Source of the DNA: Octopus vulgaris
Taxonomy: Eukaryota
Reading direction: 5' to 3'
NCBI GenBank assembly: GCA_951406725.2
Contig: OX597818.1
Coordinates: 93,868,001-93,932,000 of the forward strand
DNA: 64,000 bases
Part shown: piece after piece, positions 12,172-25,413 of the stretch
Position numbering within the stretch: position 1 is the first letter of the stretch
Layout: each line of letters begins with the position of its first letter
Notes under the pieces: generated by a model
The model's database searches: none
What the model saw: the letters and a program-made list of their open reading frames with translations, nothing else
Told to the model about the DNA's origin: nothing
Position numbers and translations under genes: made by a program

Positions 12172-13925
12172 TATATATATATATATATATGTACAATATT
12201 CATATATGGGTTGTTACTAACAGTAAACAACATGAAATATGAAAACAAATGAGTTCAATACACAAACAAGAGAAACAAATATATATCTATATCTATATAT
12301 ATGCTTGTATTGATGTATTTAATTTTTGCATTTGATTTGCAAGGTTCTTGATGGAAAAAGTCTCTGTTGAAAGAGATTTTCTGGTATCTAGGGAGGGTCA
12401 TTATGTTAATAATAAATGCATGCACTAGTTCTATTTGAGTTCTTTTATTATTATTAGTCATTTGGTTAATCTTTTAACCAGTTACCTTATTGGTTTATTT
12501 GATGAATCATTTGGTCAATCACTCAATCAGCTAGGTTTATTAAAGTCCTTTCATTGCCATTTGCATTCACATCAATGACATATGCTCTAAACACACACCC
12601 TATTACAGTAATTTCAGCTTAATGAGCAAGGGATTAAGTTTGTGGGAAACTATGTACAGTTAACTATCATCCCATTCCTGAGGAGACATGCTACTTCTCC
12701 AATTCATCTGATTGATGGACAATGATAGAGAAACCAGTGGTAATCACTGGTGACATGAATCCATGATGCCCTTGAAAATACATATCTATTTATGTTATTA
12801 TTTAATGATATAGATTAACATAGGCCCATTTGTTTTTCTAGTAGCATTAATTTCTGTTTCTGTTCATTAGATTAATGAAGCTTGTCAGCTGTGTAAATAG
12901 TTTAGACAGTCATCAACCATAGCACTGACCAATGAAAACAATGGAAATGGTAAGAAATAAAGCAAATATAAACAAAAATAGCTAGCTCTGGTGAGCTGAT
13001 GTTTTCCAAACTTGTACATCACTAAAGATAATGGGACAAGGCTGGCTCTTCACTGTGACAATGAATACAATTGCAAGACTAGACTAGTTGGGGGTTGTTG
13101 TTTCTGATGTGATGTGATGATAATAATGAGGCAATTATTTTAAAGAGTGTTTTAGTTATCATATAGCTTTCCAAACATAATCTACACCATCTTGAGGGTC
13201 TCTCTTACAATGTAGATAGACAATCAAATTAGAAATCAAAAGTGAGAGAGTAACACAAATCAAGGTGAAAGAGCAAATGTTAAAACGCCATTGTTGTCAT
13301 CATCATTATCCTCATCATTTTAATGTCCATTTTCCCCCCATTTTGTATGGGTCAGTTGGAATTTGTTGAGGCAGTTTTTCTACTGTCAGACACTCATCCT
13401 GTTGCCAACCCTCAGCTGTTTGCCAACAAGGTAATAATCACCTAGTCCACTGAACATCACACAGCCTAGACATAGTTACAAGTGTTTTTGTTTACAAAAA
13501 CTGCACATGTCAAGACATATCAAGAAGCCTAAACATGCTGTCACTGTTGACTGCAAGTATATAACACTATATGTATCGTTAACATTGTTGCTGTGTTGTT
13601 TATAGTTGGCAGACATGTAAAGGTAAGAAGAAAATATGAAACCACACACACACACACACACATTAGAACATTAGCTGAAAATATTCATGCAGTGGGACCA
13701 AACCCCTGACCATGTAGTTCCAAAGGGAATGTCTTAACCACACGGTCATGGCTACACCTACAGGATAAACAAATTAGAATTAAAGGTGATAGAGTTGCAC
13801 AAAAGGTTAAAATAATCAACTAGATACCTGTGCCGGTGGCACGTGAAAAGCACCATCCGAACGCGGTTGATGCCAGCGCCGCCTTAACTGGCTTCTGTGC
13901 CGGTGGCACATAAAAAGCACCAACC

Positions 13926-14519
13926 TGATGTCAAATTGCTTTAAACACAAGTCGAGCAGGAACCATGAGTCATTTGTTTGTCTATCTTCTATGAAATCAT
14001 CTCTAGCCTCTACACTGATTCTGGCACCCTTTTGCTTTTATTACCCTTATTTATGTGGGAGTGGAGGCGCAATGGCCCAGTGGTTAGGGCAGCGGACTCA
14101 TGGTTGGAGGATCGCAGTTTCGATTCCCAGACCAGGCATTGTGTGTGTTTATTGAGCGAAAACACCTAAAGCTCCATAAGGCTCCAGCAGGGGGTAGTGG
14201 CAACTCCTGTTGTACTCTTTCACCACAACTTTCTCTCACTCTTTCTTCCTGTTTCTTGAGTAACGCTGCGATGGACTGGTGTCTCATCCAGCTGGGGGGA
14301 ACACATACGCCATAGAAACCGGGAAACCGGGCCCATGAGCCTGGCTAGGCTTGAAAAGGGCGCATAAATAAATACAAAAATTTATGTAGGAACATAATAG
14401 AACATTCTGTAATATAGAGTGACATTTCTGGAAGTTGATTAGTTAATATTCAGGACACATTACCTGATCTAAGTATGGTCTGATCCTAGTTACTAAAAAC
14501 TGTAAAATTTAATTCTAAG
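13926..14519 (+). repeat. Inverted duplicate of 22577-23167 (SINE plus unique flanks)
   Basis: Near-identical reverse complement, including the non-repetitive flanks and the SINE TSD atttatgtggga. Confidence 0.92.
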
Positions 14520-15720
14520 ACTTAATTCTAAATTTAATTCCCAGACTCCAGTCGAACCGTCCAACTCGTGCTAGCACGGAAAACGGACGTTAAACGATGA
14601 TGATGGTGATGCCATACTTGAAGTTAAGGCACAAGCATGGCTGTGTGGTAAAACATTTGCTTTCGAACCACATGCTTCCAGGTTCAGTCCCACTATGTGG
14701 AACTTCTGCTATAGCTTCATAAGTTCACACTCTATAACAGATGGGTAGATAAAGTGTTTAAGTGGCACCTCTTTGCTCTAGGAGATGAGTGACATTCATC
14801 ATTACCATAAATACAATCCTTATCATCTTAAGTATGTTTTCCATGCTTTATTTAAAGCAATAGGTTTAACATGGAAACAATCACACAGCAAACTATAGAA
14901 GTGCACAAATTTATCTCCTGGTTGAAATGATTTTTATTTCAGTTACATAGCAGATGTCATTCAGAAGGCCACAAACACTTCTGCTTTCTCTTCTACATTT
15001 CTAAAATTATAGTTTTTATCTACAAATCTGTCAGCAGTTAATAATTTAGACAAGAATGAGTTCCATAAAAGCTAACTCGCTGTTTGCCTCATCACCCTAT
15101 CTGGTTGAAGGTTTTCTCTTATAAACCAACTGGCCAAATGGATATATTACCATTTATCTTTTATTTTTTACTTGTTTCAATTATTAGACTATGGCCATGC
15201 TGGGACACTGCTTTGGAGAGATTTTGTCAAGTGAATCAACCCCAGTACTTATTTACTTATATTTGAGTACAATATCTTACCAGTCTGTTGTTTTAACCAT
15301 CTCTTGACTGTTATTTTTACTTATCTTTGTCTTCATCATCATTGTTGTTCTCCTAACCACTACCATAATGGTAATTGTTGTTGCCATTGTTATTGTGGTG
15401 GTGGTGATGTTTGGGAGGGTCATAGTGGTGGTGTTATGTTGATTGAAGTTCTCTTGTTAGCTTAAAAATTGTTCAGTCATCAATTGTCCTTTTTGTCAAA
15501 TAATCCCATTCTGCTAGAATTCACCTGTTGCAATGTCGTAACTCTATGAAATCAAGCTCTTGAACAGTTTGATCTTCATCACTCATTTTCTTTTTGTATA
15601 GTATCTAACACCTAAGATATATGTCACACATCTTGTTATCCCCTTCTACAGTGCCATGCGTTTACCTCAGTAGCGATGAGCAAAATTACTCAGCAACAAC
15701 CATATCAAATATATTTGTCA

Positions 15721-16104
15721 TCTCTCTATATATAAACGGCAGTTTGTCTGTGCGTGTTTCTGTGTGTCTGTTTGCTTGTACCCTCACCCTGACCACGGCT
15801 TTCAACCGATTCTGATGAAACTTGACACATACATAGCCCAATGTCATAATTCAAAACTAACGCAGCGAAAATTTTCAAAAGTTCCCCCAGTTCTGAAAAA
15901 AATCGATAAATTCGACATGGGGTCGAGAATCAGAAACACAAACCGCAAACTATCTAGGGGACGCAACTCCACCTTTTTTAACTAAAAAAAAATTTACCAG
16001 CATTTTTTTCCCATTTTTTTTTCTATTTTTTGGCTATAACTCTCTAAAAATGCTTTATAGTTATTTCCCTTACAAACCTGAGCAACGCCGGGCGATACTG
16101 CTAG
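15721..16104 (+). mobile_element. Non-autonomous Helitron
   Basis: A|TC start, ctgagcaacgccggg subterminal hairpin-type motif, CTAG|T end, no TSD. Confidence 0.85.
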
Positions 16105-16526
16105 TCATAGAATAAATATACAACCCAAGACATTTTTAAGGAACAATGTATTGATATTCAGATACAGTTCCCTGATATTAAAAAGATGAGAGATAAACAC
16201 CCTACTGGGGTGGATGCAACATTTGTCTATCACAAGTAACTGCTAAGTTATGGGGATGTAAACACACCAGCATCGGTTGTCAAGTGATAGTGGGGGGGGG
16301 GACAAACAGACACACAAATATATACATACAATAATACATACATACATACATACATACATACAAACATACAATGGCCTTCTTTCAGTTTCTGTCTACCAAA
16401 TCCACTCACTGGTCTAAGGCTATGGTAGAAGACACTTGCTTAAGGTGCCATGCAATGGGACTTAACCTGGAACCATGTGGTTGGGAAGCAAACTTCTTAC
16501 CACACAGTCACTCATATATATGTAAA

Positions 16527-16580
<54 letters not shown>

Positions 16581-16889
16581 CACACACACACACACACACA
16601 TATGTGTGTACATAAGGGTTCTACACTACAGGAAAGCCACTAAGTGGTTTTCCATCACGCTAGAAATGGGGGTTAAATCCCAAACCACGAAAAAGCTATT
16701 CTTATATACATATACAATATAATAATATTTGCAGTCTATGGACATTTTTACTCATGCTGGCCACTGGTAAAAAATTTATATTTAATTTTTCCCATATATT
16801 TCAAATTTTTATACATACATACATAATTACATACATACATTTATGCATACACACATATATACATATATACATATGTATATATACTGTTT

Positions 16890-17460
16890 TCTCTCTCATC
16901 CTTTCTCTAATTTGCTTTTTTCCTCCCCTTCACCATTTTCTATCTATCTGTTTGTATGTCTGTCTCCCTCTTTCTCCGTTTCCCTCTCTCATTGCTCACA
17001 TGTGGCCATCGTCCATCTTTCTCTTCCTCACATGATCTTTTTTCCTTTCATGGCTGTCATAAGGACAGCACATATCTTATCTCTTAGCTTTTCTCTTCTC
17101 AAAGAAAATATTTCTCCAGCATTCTCTATTTTTACCCTCATTCTAGTCTAACGACCCTTCATGTTTGTTTTCATTTGATTTCCTTGTATATCTCCACTGT
17201 CCTGTTTTGTTCCGAACTTTGACCCTCCATAAGTCCCAAATTTTATTTTGGCATGTATAGGAGCAACTGTCTTTGAAGACTCATATTGTCATTCAATGCT
17301 CGAAATGAGGAGTAGATAAATAGCCGACAACTGATGAAGCATCGGTCTTTATGTTACTTGTCCTGTTTTCCATTTGTTTCTCTTGTTGTTTGCATATTGA
17401 AACCATTTGCTTTCATATTTTATGTTGTTTCCTGTTAAGTGATGTTCTGTATTCATTTAT
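16890..17460 (+). repeat. Interspersed repeat with degenerate hammerhead-like motifs (possible PLE pLTR)
   Basis: Similar to 10672-11110. Contains tTGAAGA...caatgctc-GAAA and a downstream CTGATGA. A related layout occurs on the minus strand at 18250-18700. Confidence 0.5.
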
Positions 17461-17490
17461 GCACGTGTATGTGTGTGTATGTATATACAA

Positions 17491-17538
<48 letters not shown>

Positions 17539-17598
17539 ATGTGTGTGTATACATATATACATGTATATATATATATATTATTTATATATATACGTCTG

Positions 17599-17648
<50 letters not shown>

Positions 17649-18115
17649 TACATATACATATATATCTATCTATTTAAAACTGAGAGTGTGTGTGTGTATG
17701 TTTCCATCACTAAAACTCAAGAACTACTAAACCGATTTCATTTAACGTTTGCATATGCCTTACTTAGGGTCTATGCAGTGTTATGGGCTAAAAGAATTTT
17801 CAACTTCTTGCCGAATGCAAGCCTGCAGCAATCTCCTATCTCTAACACTATTACCGTATTACGTGTCAAAAGTGAAACAATGACATTTCTATTGAAATAT
17901 GATATAATACTTTCACTATTATATGGTTTCAATTTCAATTACTATTATTATGTATCTATAGATATTAGTTTCATTTCCATTACTTTCACTGTGTATTTAT
18001 ATACATTTCTATATGTATCATCATCATCATCATCATCATCATCGTTTAACGTCCGCTTTCCATGCTAGCATGGGTTGGACGGTTCAACTGGGGTCTGGGA
18101 AGCCCGAAGGCTAGG

Positions 18116-18147
<32 letters not shown>

Positions 18148-18742
18148 GAATAATATAATAAATAAATAAAATATATGCATCTATACATACATATATGTAC
18201 ATACTTACATCTAAATGTATATATACGTGCATATATATATATATATATATGAGTACAGGACACCACAAATAAACATAGAACACAATGAGAAACGAAACAT
18301 AAAAATCAAACAAGGAAACAGACTTTTTTTAACAACAAAAAAACAAGGAAATGGACTTTTTTTAAAACAAAGAAAAAACAGAGTACAGGACAAACAATAC
18401 AAGGAAAATTCCCCTTCATCAGCAGCCCCTGGTTCGACTGAATGCGTGTTTCGAAGGTAAGGGCAGAACACGGCCAGGCCGAAACAGTCCTTCCTGCAAA
18501 AGGAATTAAGTAAAATTCTTTTGCAGAGGGGTAAAACAAGTGACAAGAACAGGACGTAAAAGCAATACAAATGAAGAAAAAACAGTACAAATAAAGAAAC
18601 AGGACAGGGAACCAACAATAAGGGCTTTTTTTGCCTAGACAGTGGAAAAATTAGTTAGAACGCATGTGAAAAATCGGCTTGCGACAGACAGGCAAGTCGA
18701 TCTATACTTGTTGAAGCACGAAGCTGAAAGAAAGTTTTAGTA

Positions 18743-18782
<40 letters not shown>

Positions 18783-18805
18783 TTGTATATATATATATCT
18801 TTGTA

Positions 18806-18860
<55 letters not shown>

Positions 18861-18891
18861 ATATGTATATATATGTATATTTATGTTTGTG

Positions 18892-18935
<44 letters not shown>

Positions 18936-19358
18936 TGTATATGCATGTGGCTGTGTGCTAACAAATGTGCTTACCGAGCACATGGTTCCGGGTTCAGTCA
19001 CTGGGCAAGTGTCTTCTACTATAGCCTTGGGCTGACCAAAGCCTTCAGTGGATTTGGTTGATGGAAACTGAACAAAGTATGTCCTATATGTATATATATA
19101 TATATATTATGTGTGTGTATTTGTGTCTGTGTTTGTTACCCACCACCATCACTTAGAAACCGATGCTGGTGTGTTTATGTCCCTGCAATGTAGCGGTTCG
19201 GCAGAAGATATTGATAGAATAAGCACCAGGCTTACAAAGAATAAGTCCAGGGGCTGATTTCTTCAATGAAAAGGTGGTACTCCAGCATGGCCACACTCAA
19301 ATGACACAAACAAGTAACAAAGTAAAAGAGTAATATATATAAATATATATGAACATAC

Positions 19359-19432
<74 letters not shown>

Positions 19433-19640
19433 CATCATCATCATCATCATCATCGTTTAGCGTCCGTTTTCCATGCTAGCATGGGTTGGACGGTTCTACT
19501 GGGGTCTGTGAAGCCAGAAGGCTTCATCAGGCCCAATGTATATACAAAGGGGTTTGTATGATTGTGTATAGAAGAATATATTACTCAAAGAAATTCCAAC
19601 TCTGTTTTTCAAGTTTTATTTATATCTTATGATATTAATA

Positions 19641-20038
19641 TCTTTATATATAAAAGAGAGGTTGTGTGTCTGTCTCCTACAATTTAGATTCCTAACTACT
19701 CCCACATTTTGCGGTGCAGTTTAACCAAAACCGGGTATCTTATAGTCGTGATTCATATTGAGCCCTTCTGGGTATTAGCGCGCGTCTACGATGAGTCTAC
19801 GATTTAAAAAAAAATTTACCATAATTTTTTCCATTTTAATGCATTTTTTTCGCTATTATATAAGGGATGTAACTCTCTAAAAATGTCTACGATGAGTCAA
19901 CGGTTTAAAAAAAAATTTACCATAATTTTTTTTCCATTTTTAATGCATTTTTTTGCTATTTTTTGGCTATAACTTTCTAAAAATGCTTATATAGTTATTT
20001 CCCTTACAAACCCAAGCAACGCCGGGCGATACTGCTAG
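19641..20038 (+). mobile_element. Non-autonomous Helitron, near-identical to 24772-25148
   Basis: A|TC...CTAG|T termini, 3' hairpin motif and an internal tandem duplication of about 100 bp. Confidence 0.88.
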
Positions 20039-20140
20039 TAAGATATAAAATAATATAGCAAAAATGTATATATATATATATATATGTATGTATATATATG
20101 TATATATGTGTATATATGTGTATATATATATATGTGTGTG

Positions 20141-20186
<46 letters not shown>

Positions 20187-20197
20187 TATATATATAC

Positions 20198-20240
<43 letters not shown>

Positions 20241-20436
20241 CACATGTATATATATGTATATATATACTCATACATATATATATATATTTAATGAAATGGA
20301 TAAATGAATTATCTTGATACGGATTATTCAAAATTTAACCGATACCTGTGTAGCAAAAATCACACCAGAAAAGACACGGTTGAGGTTACGACCATGGGGT
20401 TTCGCCCCCGTGCTTTAGCGCGGATAATTGAAGTTT

Positions 20437-20915
20437 TATATATTTAGTGAAGGGAAGAAATGGAGCCGAACGAAGATTCTACAAAATTCCTTTTTATTAT
20501 TTTCTACACATGTTTCAAAGGCTGCAAATTCCCAAATTCGGATTGAATAAGGAGACCATTCTGCAGCTTTCTCTTCAGGAAAATCCAGGAATTTAAAATC
20601 TCAAAACAAATGCGCAGCAAGCTTTTCGAACATGGTAAAAATGGTAAAAATGGCACAAAACTGTCTCTCAATATGCACTGACGTCAGAGTTGGTGAAGGC
20701 CGACGAAAAAATCCGTTGGAGTAAACCTAGGTCAAACCACGGTCAAATTAGGTAGGGGAAGAATCACAGAAAACCCAAAGAGTGTGAATATATTCTGTAT
20801 AACTAGTGTTAATGTTCAAATTGTTTTAAGAATGACAGCAACCTTATTTGGGTGTGAGGAACTAATAAAAAGGAATTTTGTAGAATCTTCGTTCGGCTCC
20901 ATTTCTTCCCTTCAC

Positions 20916-20925
<10 letters not shown>
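20437..20925. mobile_element. Foldback element with about 60-bp terminal inverted repeats, containing a hammerhead
   Basis: 20437-20499 is the reverse complement of 20863-20925. Flanked by TA-rich sequence. Confidence 0.85.
20499..20584 (-). ncRNA. Type I hammerhead ribozyme with intact core
   Basis: Minus strand reads attttc-CTGAAGA-gaaagctgcag-(loop)-ttgcagccttt-GAAA-C-atgt-G-TA-gaaaat. Stems I and II pair and the cleavage triplet is GUA. Confidence 0.8.
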
Positions 20926-20951
<26 letters not shown>

Positions 20952-21617
20952 ATATACCTATATATACCTATATGTATATATATTATAGCCTCAAACCGAC
21001 CAAAGCCTTGTAAGTGGATTTCGTAGATGGAAACTGAAAGAAGACTGTCGTATATATGTGTATATTTGTGAATGTGTGTTTATCTATATTTGTACTACCA
21101 CCAGAGTTTGACAATCTATGTTGCTGTGTTTACGTTCCCATAACTTAGCAGTTCAGCTAAAAACACTGATAGAATAAGTACTTGGCTTACAAAGAATAAA
21201 TCCTGAGGTCGATTTTTTCGACAAAAGTTTATATTCATATACCATGAGTTTATATTTATATACCATTAGAGGTAGCCACAGTCACATGGCTGAAATGAGT
21301 AAAACAATAAAAAAAAACTATGCCATTTTAATCCTGAGCAAGGCCGGGTATTTCTGCTAGTATATATATATCATTATCATAATCATCATCATCATCATCA
21401 TCATATATATATTTCTGTATATATTCCACCCCTTGAAGCATCCATACATGGCTGTTGCTCAAAAATATTCACTTATACAGTAATTATAACAAATGAATGA
21501 ATGATCTCCTCTAATGGTATATGAATATAAACTCAGCAACTTAAAGCTGGTGTGTGGTGCAGAAACAAATGCAATCAACTATTAAAGCTTGGTATTCTCC
21601 ATCCTTATATCATCAAG

Positions 21618-22040
21618 TCATCCTATAAGTTCTGTCCGAATTTTGAATAAAGAAAACAAGTGATCAAATGTTATATTTAAATGAAATTTAATCATCAATG
21701 TACTTCCTTGATTATCTATGACTTCCTTCCATCTATTTACAAGCTTTTTAATCCCATCAATGTAAAACTCTTTTGGTTTCAAAGCAATGAACTCTGAAAT
21801 GTCAGTTTTGACCTCCTCCTGGCTTGCAAAAGTTATGTCCCTCAAATGATTCTGTAAACTACAAAACAAATGGTGGTCTGAAGGAGCATGGTTGGGAGAA
21901 TAAGATGGATGAGGAATTTTTTCCCAATCAAGCTCTTCGATTTTCTGTGATGTGATCTTTGCAGTGTAGGGTTGCGCATTTTCCTGATGAAACATCCCTC
22001 CTTTTTGATTCACTAAAGTGGGTCTTTTTTTCTAGGCAAA
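21618..22040 (-). mobile_element. Mariner transposase C-terminal fragment
   Basis: FHQENAQP, IPHPSYSPNHAPSDHHLF and GIKKLVNRW. Confidence 0.85.
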
Positions 22041-22248
22041 GTCTTTTTATTCTAGATTTTCTCATATTTCATATTTATTTGCTATCTTTCCGGTGTTGGT
22101 ATAAGAAAGTAATAGTCAAGTAGTAGGGTCAATAGCATCAACTACACCCTCCCCTCCAGAAGTGTTGGCTTTGTGCCAAAATGAGAAACCATTGTTTCAA
22201 CTTGTTCATTTGTCATTCTGTTTGTCTTTTTTATAGCCCCCACTGCAA

Positions 22249-22423
22249 ATGAATCCACAAATACCTTCAGCCCCAGCGTATTCGCAGATTCCTCAACAAG
22301 AAAATAGTGTACAGGCAGCACCATATAACACACCAGTTCCTCCATATCCTAATGAACCACCCCCTAATTATGAACCGCCCAAAGGATATTATGCGCCATT
22401 CCCTAATCAGCCCAGAGCGCAAG
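22249..22423 (+). CDS. LITAF: LITAF-family protein, coding exon 1 (proline-rich N-terminus)
   Basis: Acceptor ttttttatag ends at 22236 and the ATG is at 22249. Translation is MNPQIPSAPAY...PPYPNEPPPNYEPP..., with PSAP and PPxY motifs. Donor G|gtaagt at 22424 is phase 1, matching the next exon. Confidence 0.9.
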
Positions 22424-22576
22424 GTAAGTACAATTTATTTAATTGATGAGATTGAGTCTGAATATGTTTAGTATGATGACCTAGTTGTTAATATATTGCA
22501 CTTTGTACTTGTCACACATAATGCCTCCAGTGTGAGTAAATAAGAGAGCTTTTACATGGTCAGTTATGTAAGGAGA

Positions 22577-23167
22577 CTTAGAATTAAATTTTACAGTTTT
22601 TAGTAACTAGGATCAGACCATACTTAGATCAGGCAATGTGTCCTGAATATTAACTAATCAACTTCCAGAAATGTCATTCCATATTATAGAGTGTTCTATT
22701 ATGTTCCCACATAAATTTATTTATTTATGCCCCCTTTTCAAGCCTAGCCAGGCTCACGGGCCTAGTTTCCCGGTTTCTATGGCGTATGTGTTTCCCCCCA
22801 GCTGGACAGGATGCCAGTCCATCGCAGCATTACTCAAGAAGCAGGAAGAAAGAGTGAGAGAAAGTTGGGGCGAAAGAATACAACAGGGGTTGCCACTACC
22901 CCCTGCTGGAGCCTCGTGGAGCTTTAGGTGTTTTTGCTCAATAAACACACACAACGCCCGGTCTGGGAATCGAAACTGTGATCCTCCGACTGCGAGTCCA
23001 TTGCTCTAACCACTGGGCCATTGCACCTCCACTCCCACATAAATAAGGGTAATAAAAGCAAAAGGGTGCCAGAATCAGTGTAGAGGCTAGAGATGATTTC
23101 ATAGAAGATAGACAAACAAATGACTCATGGTTCCTGCTCGACTTGTGTTTAAAGCAATTTGACATCA
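22577..23167 (-). repeat. Probable source copy of the inverted duplication; includes a SINE at about 22716-23032
   Basis: Reverse complement of 13926-14519. Confidence 0.9.
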
Positions 23168-23204
23168 TTGCACTGCTCCATGCTCATATATAATATTTAT
23201 GATA

Positions 23205-23587
23205 TCTCTCTATATATAAAGCTGAAGTTGTCTGTGTATGGCAGGTTTGGTAGCCTTCAACTAACACTATCTCCTCTGAGACCCTGCGGCACAAATTGAC
23301 CAAAATTGAAAGTATGATAGAAGAATGCTTGCTCTTCCTTCCTTAGAAGAAAAAATTCAAATAGGACCGTGTTAATACCAAAAATTATTTACACCAAAAA
23401 GGTGCTTTTTTTCTATGAAAATCCCTATTTTTTATGATTTTTTGACTGCTGTGTCACCATTTTTCAGTGTATTTCAAACAGAAAAATGTTCACTTAAAGA
23501 GCTACATGATGCAAAATTTTTACTTTTCAAAAATTCCAATTCTAAAGGGTCAAAACAAACCCGAGCAACGCCGGGCAATACTGCTAG
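23205..23587 (+). mobile_element. Non-autonomous Helitron with a different internal sequence
   Basis: A|TCTCTCTATATATAAA start, cccgagcaacgccggg hairpin, CTAG|T end. Confidence 0.85.
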
Positions 23588-24771
23588 TTATAATATAACA
23601 TAGTATCCTCATCCCTTGCAACACAAATAAGTAACCAGTTAATTCTTAGTCATAAACACATCAGAGGGACATGTAAGATGCACAGACAGCGAGCCCTTTA
23701 GACAGACAAGTTTCCTTGGTTGCAGCTCAGCCCTGAATTAAAGGAATATTTGACTATGATGGACAGAGCATTATTCCTGCCTCTCATCCAAAGCTAACCT
23801 TTTCTATTATTAATGTAACTTTGAACTACATTTGCTTCTAGCACACCACAGTACACTACTGGCAAGCAGCTATATAATCATGTAAATATCGTGCTACGTT
23901 TCTATAAAAATAAATGTTATTTAAACAACATTAGGAGTTGGTTTCTATGTGGGACAGCATGCCGTAAAACCTTATACCAATCAATAAAGATCTATCTAAC
24001 CTGTCTGACAATTAAAATTGCTAGAATTAGCAAGCTTTTTCCCTCACCCCCACCCCAACCACCACCACCACCACCACCACCATCACCATCTACATCATTA
24101 ATTAATGTTTACTTTTCCATGCTTGTATGGGGCAGACAAAATTTGTTGAGGTAGATTTTCAACTGACCACCACCAGTTTTCAAACAAGATAATAGTTTAC
24201 ATGACTAGACACATTTTCACAGAAGTTTGGAAATGAACACCTTGCTTGTATAACAATGGTGCTCATTTACAACCATCACATGATGTCTAGACAAGGGTAT
24301 CATAAAAAAATAATGAAGAAGATATGGGTAATGAAATTGGATTGCAAAATTTGAAGCTAGATATGTGTGTAGTAGTAGTGTTAACAGCATCAGCTAAACC
24401 CTTACCTTCAGAAGTGCTGACTTTGTACCAGAATCAGAAGCCCTTGTTTCAACTTGTTCATTAGTCATTATGCGTGTCTTTTTAATAACCCCTACTGCAA
24501 ATGAATCCACAGGAGTGGCTGTGTGGTAAGTAGTTTGCTTACCAACCACATAGTTCCGGGTTCAGTCCCACTGCGTGGCACCTTGGGCAAGTGTCTTCTA
24601 CTATAGCCTCGGGTTGACCAAAGCCTTCTGAGTGGAGTTGGTAGATGGAAACTGAAAGAAGCCCATCATATATATGTATATATATATATATATACAGTTG
24701 CGACCAAAATGTTCAGAACGGCATTGTTTTCGTCAGAAAAGTAGGTATAAGTTTTTATCAAAGTTGTTTTA

Positions 24772-25148
24772 TCTTTATATATAAAAGTCAAGTTGTGTGT
24801 CTGTCTCCTACGATTTAGATTCCTAACTACTCCCACATTTTGCAGTGCAGTTTAACCAAAACCGGGTATCTTATAGTCGTGATTCATATCCATCCCTTCT
24901 GGGTATTAGCGCGCGTCTACGATGAGTCTACGATTAAAAAAAAAAATTTACCATAATTTTTTTCCATTTTAATGCATTTTTTCGCTATTATATAAGGGAA
25001 GTAACTCTCTAAAAATGTCTACGATGAGTCAACGATTTAAAAAAAAATTTACCATAATTTTTTTTCCATTTTTTGGCTATAACTCTCTAAAAATGCTTAT
25101 ATAGTTATTTCCCTTACAAACCCGAGCAACGCCGGGCGATACTGCTAG
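24772..25148 (+). mobile_element. Non-autonomous Helitron inside the Tc1 left TIR
   Basis: Comparison with the right TIR shows insertion between A and T with no TSD. TC...CTAG ends and cccg-N8-cggg hairpin. Confidence 0.92.
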
Positions 25149-25413
25149 TATTCTATAATTTTCACAGACAATAAATACGATATTATTTGTTATTGTCTGA
25201 GATTTTGGTGTAATTTGAGAGGATAATACAAAAGTTATGGATGATTTAGTGATTTACTGCAAAACCCATGGCGGCCAAAATGATCAGAACGGTTGCTTTT
25301 ACTCCATGTTTTAATATATTTAACCGTCGAACTCAAATGTTTTGAATTTGTTTACGTGACAGTTCGTTTACTAAACATTAGTAAGAATATCTGCAGTGTA
25401 CTTTGTTAATATA

